From: Eledone cirrhosa
Taxonomy: Eukaryota
Length of the DNA: 64,000 nucleotides
Assembly: GCA_964016885.1 (NCBI GenBank)
Contig: OZ024740.1
Span: 35,526,001 to 35,590,000, forward strand
Direction: 5' to 3'
The position numbers and the translations under genes were made by a program. The notes under the pieces were generated by a model. It was not told the origin of the DNA. It worked only from the letters and a program-made list of their open reading frames with translations, and did not search any database. Shown one piece after another: positions 39,601 through 51,999 of the stretch. Position 1 is the stretch's first letter; every line of letters starts with the position of its first letter.

Positions 39601-42600
39601 GGTTTAACAGGCGACAGTGAGATGTAAGGTGTTGGGGTTTAACAGGCGACAGTGAGATGTAAGGTGTTTTGGTTTAACAGACGACAGTGAGATGTAAGGT
39701 ATGGTGGTTTAAAAGGTGACAGTTCGATGTAAGGTGTAGGAGTTTAACAAGCAACAGTTAGATGTAAGGTGTTGTGGTTTAACAGGTGACAGTTAGATGG
39801 AAGATTTTGTGGTTTATCAGGCGACAGTTAGATGTAAGGTGTAGTGGTTTAACAGACGACAGTTAGATGTAAGGTGTAGTGGTTTAACAGACGACAGTTA
39901 GATGTAAGGTGTAGTGGTTCAACAGGCGACAGTTAGATGTAAGGTGTCCTGGTTTAACAGACGACAGTTAGATCTAAGTTTTAGTGGTTTAACAGACGAC
40001 AGTTAGATGTAAGCTGTAGTGGTTCAACAGACGACAGTTAAATGTAAGGTGTTGTGGTTTAACAGGTGAAAGTTAGATGTAAGGTGTAGTGGTTTAAGAG
40101 ACGGCAATTAGATGTAAGGTGTAGTGGTTTAATAGGCGACAGTTAGATGTAAGGTGTAGTGGTTTAACAGACGAGAGTTAAATGTAAGGTATTGTGGTTT
40201 AACAGGCGACAGTTAGATGTAAGATGTTGTGGTTTAACAGACGTCAGTTAGATGTAAGGTGTTGTGGATCAACGGACGAGAGTTAAATGTAAGGTGTTGT
40301 GGTTTAACAGACGACAGTTAGATGTAATGAGTCGTTTAACAGTCATTAGTTAGATGTAAGGTGTAGTGGTTTAACAGGTGACAGTTAGATGTAAGGTGTT
40401 GTAGTTTAACAGGGGACAGTTAGATGGAAGTTGTTGTGGTTCAACATGCGACAGTTAGATGTATGGTGTTGTGGTTTAACAGGCGACAGTGACATGTAAG
40501 ATGTTGTGGTTTAACAGGCGACAGTGTGATGTAAGGTGTTGTGGTTTAACAGGCGACAGTGAGATGTAAGGTGTTGTGGTTCAACAGGCGACAGTTAGAT
40601 GTATGGTGTTGTGGTTTAACAGGCGACAGTGACATGTAAGATGTTGTGGTTTAACAGGCGACAGTGAGATGTAAGGTGTAGTGGTTTAACAGGTGACAGT
40701 TAGATGTAAGGTTTTGTGGTTTAACAGGTGACAGTTAGATGTAAGGTGTTGTGGTTTAACAGATGACAGTGAGATGTAAGGTGTTGTGGTTTAACAGGTG
40801 ACAGTTAGATATAAGATGTTGTGGTTTAACAGACGACAGGGAGATGTAAGGTGTTGTGGTTTAACAGGCGACAGTGAGATGTAAGGTGTTGGGGTTTAAC
40901 AGGCGACAGTGAGATGTAAGGTGTTGTGGTTTAACAGTCGACAGTGAGATGTAAGGTGTAGTGATTTAACAGGTGACAGTTAGATGTATGATGTTGTCGT
41001 TAAACAGGCGACAGTTAGATGTAAGGTGTTGTGGTTCAACAGGCGACAGTTAGATGTAAGGTGTTGTGGTTTCACAGGTGATAGTTAGATGTAAGGTGTT
41101 GTGGTTTAAGAGGCGACAGTTAGATGTAAGGTGTTGTGGTTCAACAGGCGACAGTTAGATGTATGGTGTTGTGGTTTAACAGGTGACAGTTAGATGTAAG
41201 GTGTTGTGGTTTAACAGGCGACAGTGAGATGTAAGGTGTAGTGGGTTAACGGGTGACAGTTAGATGTAAGGTGTTGTCGTTTAACAGGCAACAGTTAGAT
41301 GGAAGGTGTTGTGGTTTAACAGGCGACAGTTAGATGTAAGGTATAGTGGTTTAACAGGCGACAGTGAGATGTAAGGTGTTGTGGTTCAACAGGCGACAGT
41401 TAGATGTATGGTGTTGTGGTTCAACAGGTGACAGTTAGATGTATGGTGTTGTGGTTTCACAGGTGACAGTTAGATGTAAGGTGTTGTGGTTTAACAGGCG
41501 ACAGTGAGTTGTAAGGTGTTGTGGTTTAACAGGCGACAGTGAGATGTAAGGTGTAGTGGTTTAACAGGTGACAGTTAGATGTATGGTGTTGTCGTTAAAC
41601 AGGCGACAGTTAGATTGAAGGTGTTGTGGTTTCACAGGTGACAGTTAGATGTAAGGTGTTGAGGTTTAACAGGTGACAGTTAGATGTAAGGGGTTGTGGT
41701 TTAACAGGTGACAGTTCGACGTAAGGTGTTGTGGTTTAACAAACGTCAGTTAGATGTAAGGTGTTGTGGTTCAACAGGCGACATTTAGATGTAAGGTGTT
41801 GTGGTTTAACAGGTGACAGTTAGATGTAAGGTGTTGTGGTTTAACAGGTCACAGTTAGATGTAAGGTGTAGGGGTTTAACAGGCAACAGTTGGATGTAAG
41901 GTGTTGTGGTTTAACAGGTGACAGTTAGATGTAAGATTTTGTGGTTTAACAGGCGACAGTTAGATGTAATGTCTTCTGGTTTAACAGGCAACAGTTAGAT
42001 GTAAGGTGTTGTGGTTTAACAGGTGACAGTTAGATGTAAGGTGTAGAGATTTAACAGACGTCAGTTAGATGTAAGGTGTAGTGGTTTAATAGGCGACAGT
42101 TAGATGTAAGGTGTAGTGGTTTAATAGGCGACAGTTAAATGTAAGGTGTTGTGGTTTAACAGGCGACAGTTAGATGTAAGGTGTTGTGGTTTAACAGACG
42201 TCAGTTAGATGTAAGGTGTTGTGGTTCAACGGACGAGAGTTAAATGTAAGGTGTTGTGGTTTAACAGACGACAGTTAGATGTAATGAGTCGTTTAACAGT
42301 CGTTAGTTAGATGTAAGGTGTAGTGGTTTAACAGGTTACAGTTAGATGTAAGGTGTTGTCGTTTAACAAGCGACAGTTAGATGGAAGGTGTTGTGGTTCA
42401 ACATGCGACAGTTAGATGTATGGTGTTGTGGTTTAACAGGCGACAGTGACATGTAAGATGTTGTGGTTTAACAGGCGACAGTGAGATGTAAGGTGTTGTG
42501 GTTTAACAGGCGACAGTGAGATGTAAGGTGTAGTGGTTTAACAGGTGACAGTTAGATGTAAGGTATAGTGGTTTAACAGGCGACAGTTAGATGTAAGGTG

Positions 42601-44379
42601 TTGTGGTTTAGAGGCGACAGTGAGATGTAAGGTGTTGTGGTTCAACAGGCGACAGTTAGATGTAAGGTGTTGAGCTTTAACAGGTGACAGTTAGATGTAA
42701 GGTGTTGTGGTTTAACAGGCGACAGTGAGATGTAAGGTGTAGTTGGTTAACGGGTGACAGTTAGATGTAAGGTGTTGTCGTTTAACAGGCAAAAGTTAGA
42801 TGGAAGGTGTTGTGGTTTAACAGGTGACAGTGAGATGTAAGGTATAGTGGTTTAACAGGCGACAGTGAGATGTAAGGTGTTGTGGTTCGACAGGCGACAG
42901 TTAGATGTAAGGTTTTGTGGTTTAACAGACGACAGTAAGATGTAAGGTGTTGTGGTTTAACAGGCGACAGTGAGATGTAAGGTGTTGTGGTTTAACAGGC
43001 GACAGAGAAATGTAAGGTGTAGTGGTTTAACAGGTGACAGTTAGATGTATGATGTTGTCGTTAAACAGGCGACAGTTAGATGTAAGGTGTAGTGGTTTAA
43101 CAGACGACAGTTAGATGTAAGGTGTAGTGGTTTAACAGACGACAGTTAGATGTAAGGTGTAGTGGTTCAACAGGCGACAGTTAGATGTAAGGTGTCCTGG
43201 TTTAACAGACGACAGTTAGATCTAAGTTTTAGTGGTTTAACAGACGACAGTTAGATGTAAGCTGTAGTGGTTCAACAGACGACAGTTAAATGTAAGGTGT
43301 TGTGGTTTAACAGGTGAAAGTTAGATGTAAGGTGTAGTGGTTTAAGAGACGGCAGTTAGATGTAAAGTGTAGTGGTTTAATAGGCGACAGTTAGATGTAA
43401 GGTGTAGTGGTTTAACAGACGAGAGTTAAATGTAAGGTATTGTGGTTTAACAGGCGACAGTTAGATGTAAGGTGTTGTGGTTTAACAGACGTCAGTTAGA
43501 TGTAAGGTGTTGTGGTTCAACGGACGAGAGTTAAATGTAAGGTGTTGTGGTTTAACAGACGACAGTTAGATGTAATGAGTCGTTTAACAGTCATTAGTTA
43601 GATGTAAGGTGTAGTGGTTTAACAGGTGACAGTTAGATGTAAGGTGTTGTCGTTTAACAGGGGACAGTTAGATGGAAGTTGTTGTGGTTCAACATGCGAC
43701 AGTTAGATGTATGGTGTTGTGGTTTAACAGGCGACAGTGACATGTAAGATGTTGTGGTTTAACAGGCGACAGTGTGATGTAAGGTGTTGTGGTTTAACAG
43801 GCGACAGTGAGATGTAAGGTGTTGTGGTTCAACAGGCGACAGTTAGATGTATGGTGTTGTGGTTTAACAGGCGACAGTGACATGTAAGATGTTGTGGTTT
43901 AACAGGCGACAGTGAGATGTAAGGTGTAGTGGTTTAACAGGTGACAGTTAGATGTAAGGTTTTGTGGTTTAACAGGTGACAGTTAGATGTAAGGTGTTGT
44001 GGTTTAACAGATGACAGTGAGATGTAAGGTGTTGTGGTTTAACAGGTGACAGTTAGATGTAAGATGTTGTGGTTTAACAGACGACAGGGAGATGTAAGGT
44101 GTTGTGGTTTAACAGGCGACAGTGAGATGTAAGGTGTTGGGGTTTAACAGGCGACAGTGAGATGTAAGGTGTTGTGGTTTAACAGTCGACAGTGAGATGT
44201 AAGGTGTAGTGGTTTAACAGGTGACAGTTAGATGTATGATGTTGTCGTTAAACAGGCGACAGTTAGATGTAAGGTGTTGTGGTTCAACAGGCGACAGTTA
44301 GATGTAAGGTGTTGTGGTTTCACAGGTGATAGTTAGATGTAAGGTGTTGTGGTTTAAGAGGCGACAGTTAGATGTAAGG

Positions 44380-46685
44380 TGTTGTGGTTCAACAGGCGAC
44401 AGTTAGATGTATGGTGTTGTGGTTTAACAGGTAACAGTTAGATGTAAGGTGTTGTGGTTTAACAGGCGACAGTGAGATGTAAGGTGTAGTGGGTTAACGG
44501 GTGACAGTTAGATGTAAGGTGTTGTCGTTTAACAGGCAACAGTTAGATGGAAGGTGTTGTGGTTTAACAGGCGACAGTTAGATGTAAGGTATAGTGGTTT
44601 AACAGGCGACAGTGAGATGTAAGGTGTTGTGGTTCAACAGGCGACAGTTAGATGTATGGTGTTGTGGTTCAACAGGTGACAGTTAGATGTATGGTGTTGT
44701 GGTTTCACAGGTGACAGTTAGATGTAAGGTGTTGTGGTTTAACAGGCGACAGTGAGTTGTAAGGTGTTGTGGTTTAACAGGCGACAGTGAGATGTAAGGT
44801 GTAGTGGTTTAACAGGTGACAGTTAGATGTATGGTGTTGTCGTTAAACAGTCGACAGTTAGATTGAAGGTGTTGTGGTTTCACAGGTGACAGTTAGATGT
44901 AAGGTGTTGAGGTTTAACAGGTGACAGTTAGATGTAAGGGGTTGTGGTTTAACAGGTGACAGTTCGACGTAAGGTGTTGTGGTTTAACAAACGTCAGTTA
45001 GATGTAAGGTGTTGTGGTTCAACAGGCGACATTTAGATGTAAGGTGTTGTGGTTTAACAGGTGACAGTTAGATGTAAGGTGTTGTGGTTTAACAGGTCAC
45101 AGTTAGATGTAAGGTGTAGGGGTTTAACAGGCAACAGTTGGATGTAAGGTGTTGTGGTTTAACAGGTGACAGTTAGATGTAAGATTTTGTGGTTTAACAG
45201 GCGACAGTTAGATGTAATGTCTTCTGGTTTAACAGGCAACAGTTAGATGTAAGGTGTTGTGGTTTAACAGGTGACAGTTAGATGTAAGGTGTAGAGATTT
45301 AACAGACGTCAGTTAGATGTAAGGTGTAGTGGTTTAATAGGCGACAGTTAGATGTAAGGTGTAGTGGTTTAATAGGCGACAGTTAAATGTAAGGTGTTGT
45401 GGTTTAACAGGCGACAGTTAGATGTAAGGTGTTGTGGTTTAACAGACGTCAGTTAGATGTAAGGTGTTGTGGTTCAACGGACGAGAGTTAAATGTAAGGT
45501 GTTGTGGTTTAACAGACGACAGTTAGATGTAAGGTGTTGTGGTTCAACAGGCGACAGTTAGATGTATGGTGTTGTGGTTTAACAGGTAACAGTTAGATGT
45601 AAGGTGTTGTGGTTTAACAGGCGACAGTGAGATGTAAGGTGTAGTGGGTTAACGGGTGACAGTTAGATGTAAGGTGTTGTCGTTTAACAGGCAACAGTTA
45701 GATGGAAGGTGTTGTGGTTTAACAGGCGACAGTTAGATGTAAGGTATAGTGGTTTAACAGGCGACAGTGAGATGTAAGGTGTTGTGGTTCAACAGGCGAC
45801 AGTTAGATGTATGGTGTTGTGGTTCAACAGGTGACAGTTAGATGTATGGTGTTGTGGTTTCACAGGTGACAGTTAGATGTAAGGTGTTGTGGTTTAACAG
45901 GCGACAGTGAGTTGTAAGGTGTTGTGGTTTAACAGGCGACAGTGAGATGTAAGGTGTAGTGGTTTAACAGGTGACAGTTAGATGTATGGTGTTGTCGTTA
46001 AACAGGCGACAGTTAGATTGAAGGTGTTGTGGTTTCACAGGTGACAGTTAGATGTAAGGTGTTGAGGTTTAACAGGTGACAGTTAGATGTAAGGGGTTGT
46101 GGTTTAACAGGTGACAGTTCGACGTAAGGTGTTGTGGTTTAACAAACGTCAGTTAGATGTAAGGTGTTGTGGTTCAACAGGCGACATTTAGATGTAAGGT
46201 GTTGTGGTTTAACAGGTGACAGTTAGATGTAAGGTGTTGTGCTTTAACAGGTCACAGTTAGATGTAAGGTGTAGGGGTTTAACAGGCAACAGTTGGATGT
46301 AAGGTGTTGTGGTTTAACAGGTGACAGTTAGATGTAAGATTTTGTGGTTTAACAGGCGACAGTTAGATGTAATGTCTTCTGGTTTAACAGGCAACAGTTA
46401 GATGTAAGGTGTTGTGGTTTAACAGGTGACAGTTAGATGTAAGGTGTAGAGATTTAACAGACGTCAGTTAGATGTAAGGTGTAGTGGTTTAATAGGCGAC
46501 AGTTAGATGTAAGGTGTAGTGGTTTAATAGGCGACAGTTAAATGTAAGGTGTTGTGGTTTAACAGGCGACAGTTAGATGTAAGGTGTTGTGGTTTAACAG
46601 ACGTCAGTTAGATGTAAGGTGTTGTGGTTCAACGGACGAGAGTTAAATGTAAGGTGTTGTGGTTTAACAGACGACAGTTAGATGT
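44380..46685 (+). repeat. Tandem duplication of 1,155 bp (33 monomers)
   Basis: The GGTAAC variant at 44431 and 45586 (offset 1,155 = 33x35) is absent from homologous positions elsewhere (e.g. 28468, 41182). The downstream variant order repeats. Confidence 0.85.
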
Positions 46686-49600
46686 AATGAGTCGTTTAAC
46701 AGTCGTTAGTTAGATGTAAGGTGTAGTGGTTTAACAGGTGACAGTTAGATGTAAGGTGTTGTCGTTTAACAAGCGACAGTTAGATGTATGGTGTTGTGGT
46801 TTAACAGGCGACAGTGACATGTAAGATGTTGTGGTTTAACAGGCGACAGTGAGATGTAAGGTGTTGTGGTTTAACAGGCGACAGTGAGATGTAAGGTGTA
46901 GTGGTTTAACAGGTGACAGTTAGATGTAAGGTATAGTGGTTTAACAGGCGACAGTTAGATGTAAGGTGTTGTGGTTTAAGAGGCGACAGTGAGATGTAAG
47001 GTGTTGTGGTTCAACAGGCGACAGTTAGATGTAAGGTGTTGAGCTTTAACAGGTGACAGTTAGATGTAAGGTGTTGTGGTTTAACAGGCGACAGTGAGAT
47101 GTAAGGTGTAGTTGGTTAACGGGTGACAGTTAGATGTAAGGTGTTGTCGTTTAACAGGCAAAAGTTAGATGGAAGGTGTTGTGCTTTAACAGGTGACAGT
47201 GAGATGTAAGGTATAGTGGTTTAACAGGCGACAGTGAGATGTAAGGTGTTGTGGTTCGACAGGCGACAGTTAGATGTAAGGTTTTGTGGTTTAACAGGTG
47301 ACAGTGAGATGTAAGGTGTTGTGGTTTAACAGACGCAGTGAGATGTAAGGTGTTGTGGATTAACAGGTGACAGTTAGATGTAAGATGTTGTGGTTTAACA
47401 GACGACAGTGAGATGTAAGGTGTTGTGGTTTAACAGGCGACAGTAAGATGTAAGGTGTTGTGGTTTAACAGGCGACAGTGAGATGTAAGGTGTTGTGGTT
47501 TAACAGGCGACAGAGAAATGTAAGGTGTAGTGGTTTAACAGGTGACAGTTAGATGTATGATGTTGTCGTTAAACAGGCGACAGTTAGATGTAAGGTGTTG
47601 TGGTTCAACAGGCGACAGTTAGATGTAAGGTGTTGTGGTTTCACAGGTGATAGTTAGATGTAAGGTGTTGTGGTTTAAGAGGCGACAGTTAGATGTAAGG
47701 TGTTGTGGTTCAACAGGCGACAGTTAGATGTAAGGTGTTGTCGTTTAACAGGCGACAGTGAGATGTAAGTTGTTGTGGTTTAACAGGCGACAGTGAGATG
47801 TAAGGTGTTGTGGTTCAACAGGCGACAGTGAGATGTAAGGTGTAGTGGTTTAACAGGTGACAGTTAGATGTATGGTGTTGTCGTTAAACAGGCGACAGTT
47901 AGATGTAAGGTGTTGTGGTTTAACAGACGTCAGTTAGATGTAAGGTGTTGTCGTTCAACATACGAGAGTTAAATGTAAGGTGTTGTGGTTTAGCAGACGA
48001 CAGTTAGATGTAGGGTGTAGTGGTTTAACAGGTGACAGTTAGATGTAGGGTGTTGTCGTTTAACAGGCGACAGTTAGATTGAAGGTGTTGTGGTTTAACC
48101 GGTGACAGTTAGATGTAAGGTATAGTGGTTTAACAGGCGACAGTTAGATGTAAGGTGTTGTGGTTTAACAGGCGACAGCGAGATGTAAGGTGTTGTGGTT
48201 CAACAGGCGACGGTTAGATGTATGGTGTTGTGGTTTAACAGGTGACAGTTAGATGTAAGGTGTTGTGGTTTAACAGGCGACAGTGAGTTGTTAGGTGTTG
48301 TGGTTTAACAGGCGACAGTTAGATGTAAGGTGTTGTGGTTTAACAGACGTCAGTTAGATGTAAGGTGTTGTGGTTCAACGGACGAGAGTTAAATGTAAGG
48401 TGTTGTGGTTTAACAGAAGACAGTTAGATGTAATGAGTCGTTTAACAGTCGTTAGTTAGATGTAAGGTGTAGTGGTTTAACAGGTGACAGTTAGATGTAA
48501 GGTGTTGTCGTTTAACAAGCGACAGTTAGATGGAAGGTGTTGTGGTTCAACATGCGACAGTTAGATGTATGGTGTTGTGGTTTAACAGGCGACAGTGACA
48601 TGTAAGATGTTGTGGTTTAACAGGCGACAGTGAGATGTAAGGTGTTGTGGTTTAACAGGCGACAGTGAGATGTAAGGTGTAGTGGTTTAACAGGTGACAG
48701 TTAGATGTAAGGTATAGTGGTTTAACAGGCGACAGTTAGATGTAAGGTGTTGTGGTTTAAGAGGCGACAGTGAGATGTAAGGTGTTGTGGTTCAACAGGC
48801 GACAGTTAGATGTAAGGTGTTGAGGTTTAACAGGTGACAGTTAGATGTAAGGTGTTGTGGTTTAACAGGCGACAGTGAGATGTAAGGTGTAGTTGGTTAA
48901 CGGGTGACAGTTAGATGTAAGGTGTTGTCGTTTAACAGGCAAAAGTTAGATGGAAGGTGTTGTGGTTTAACAGGTGACAGTGAGATGTAAGGTATAGTGG
49001 TTTAACAGGCGACAGTTAGATGTAAGGTGTTGTGGTTCGACAGGCGACAGTTAGATGTAAGGTTTTTTGGTTTAACAGGTGACAGTTAGATGTAAGGTGT
49101 TGTGGTTTAACAGACGCAGTGAGATGTAAGGTGTTGTGGATTAACAGGTGACAGTTAGATGTAAGATGTTGTGGTTTAACAGACGACAGTGAGATGTAAG
49201 GTGTTGTGGTTTAACAGGCGACAGTGAGATGTAAGGTGTTGTGGTTTAACAGGCGACAGTGAGATGTAAGGTGTTGTGGTTTAACAGGCGACAGTGAAAT
49301 GTAAGGTGTAGTGGTTTAACAGGTGACAGTTAGATGTATGATGTTGTCGTTAAACAGGCGACAGTTAGATGTAAGGTGTTGTGGTTCAACAGGCGACAGT
49401 TAGATGTAAGGTGTTGTCGTTTAACAGGCGACAGTGAGATGTAAGGTGTTGTGGTTTAACAGGCGACAGTGAGATGTAAGGTGTTGTGGTTTAACAGGCG
49501 ACAGTGAGATGTAAGGTGTAGTGGTTTAACAGGTGACAGTTAGATGTATGGTGTTGTCGTTAAACAGGCGACAGTTAGATGTAAGGTGTTGTGGTTTAAC

Positions 49601-51999
49601 AGACGTCAGTTAGATGTAAGGTGTTGTGGTTCAACAGACGAGAGTTATATGTAAGGTGTTGTGGTTTAGCAGACGACAGTTAGATGTAAGGTGTAGTGGT
49701 TTAACAGGTGACAGTTAGATGTAGGGTGTTGTCGTTTAACAGGCGACAGTTAGATTGAAGGTGTTGTGGTTTAACCGGTGACAGTTAGATGTAAGGTATA
49801 GTGGTTTAACAGGCGACAGTTAGATGTAAGGTGTTGTGGTTTAACAGGCGACAGTGAGTTGTTAGGTGTTGTGGTTTAACAGGCGACAGTGAGATGTAAG
49901 GTGTAGTGGTTTAACAGGTGACAGTTAGATGTATGGTGTTGTCGTTAAACAGGCGACAGTTTGATGGAAGGTGTTGTGGTTTCACAGGTGACAGTTAGAT
50001 GAAAGGTGTTGTGGTTTAACAGGCGACAGTTAGATGTAAGGTGTTGTGGTTCAACAGGTGACAGTTAGATGTAAGGTGTTGAGGTTTAAGAGGTGACAGT
50101 TAGATGTAAGGTGTTGTGGTTTAACAGGCGACAGTGAGATGTAAGGTGTTGTGGTTTAACAGACGACAGTGAGATGTAAGGTGTTGTGGTTTAACAGGTG
50201 ACAGTTCGACGTAAGGTGTTGTGGTTTAACAAACGTCAGTTAGATGTAAGGTGTTGTGGTTCAACAGGCGACATTTAGATGTAACGTGTTGTGGTTTAAC
50301 AGGTGACAGTTAGATGTAAGGTGTTGTGGTTTAACAGGTGACAGTTATATGTAAGGTGTAGGGGTTTAACAGGCAACATTTGGATGTAAGGTGTTGTGGT
50401 TTAACAGGTGACAGTTAGATGTAAGATTTTGTGGTTTAACAGGCGACAGCTAGATGTAATGTCTTCTGGTTTAACAGGCAACAGTTAGATGTAAGGTGTT
50501 GTGGTTTAACAGGTGACAGTTAGATGTAAGGTGTAGAGGTTTAACAGACGACAGTTAGATGTGAGGTGTTGTGGTTTAACAGGTGACAGTTAGATGTAAG
50601 GTGTGGTGGTTTAACAGGCGACAGTTAGATGTAAGGTGTTGTGGTTTAACAGGTGACAGTTAGATGTAAGATGTTGTGGTTTAACAGGTGACAGTTGTAT
50701 GAAAGTTGTTGTGGTTCAACAGACGAGAGTTAAATGTAAGGTGTTGTGGTTTAACAGACGACAGTTAGATGTAATGTGTTGTTTAACAGACGTTAGTTAG
50801 ATGTAAGGTGTAGTGGTTTAAGAGGTGACAGTTAGATGTAAGGTGTTGTCGTTTAACAGGCGACAGTGAGATGTAAGTTGTTGTGGTTTAACAGGCGACA
50901 GTGAGATGTAAGGTGTTGTGGTTTAACAGGCGACAGTGAGATGTAAGGTGTAGTGGTTTAACAGGTGACAGTTAGATGTATGGTGTTGTCGTTAAACAGG
51001 CGACAGTTAGATGTAAGGTGTTGTGGTTCAACAGGCGACAGTTAGATGTAAGGTGTTGTGGTTTAACAGGCGACAGTGAGATGTATTGTGTTGTGATTTC
51101 ACAGGTGACAGTTAGATGTAAGGTGTTGTGGTTTAACAGGCGACAGTTAGATATAAGGTGTTGTGGTTTAACAGGCGACAGTGAGATGTAAGGTGTTGTG
51201 GTTTAACAGGCGACAGTGAGATGTAAGGTGTAGTGGTTTAACAGGTAACAGTTAGATGTATGGTGTTGTCGTTAAACAGGCGACAGTTAGATGTAAGGTG
51301 TTGTGGTTTCAGAGGTGACAGTTAGATGTAAGGTGTTGTGGTTTAACAGGCGACAGTTAGATGTAAGGTGTTGTGGTTTAACAGGCGACAGTTAGATGTA
51401 AGGTGTTTTGGTTTAACAGACGACAGTGAGATGTAAGGTATGGTGGTTTAAAAGGTGACAGTTCGATGTAAGGTGTTGTGGTTTAACAGGTGACAGTTAG
51501 ATGCAAGGTGTAGGAGTTTAACAAGCAACAGTTAGATGTAAGGTGTTGTGGTTTAACAGGTGACAGTTAGATGGAAGATTTTGTGGTTTAACAGGCGACA
51601 GTTAGATGTAAGGTGTAGTGGTTTAACAGACGACAGTTAGATGTAAGGTGTAGTGGTTTAACAGACGACAGTTAGATGTAAGGTGTAGTGGTTTAACAGA
51701 AGACAGTTAGATGTAAGATGTAGTGGTTCAACAGGCGACAGTTAGATGTAAGGTGTCCTGGTTTAACAGACGACAGTTAGATCTAAGTTTTAGTGGTTTA
51801 ACAGACGACAGTTAGATGTAAGCTGTAGTGGTTCAACAGACGACAGTTAAATGTAAGGTGTTGTGGTTTAACAGGTGAAAGTTAGATGTAAGGTGTAGTG
51901 GTTTAAGAGACGGCAGTTAGATGTAAGGTGTAGTGGTTTAATAGGCGACAGTTAGATGTAAGGTGTAGTGGTTTAACAGACGAGAGTTAAATGTAAGGT

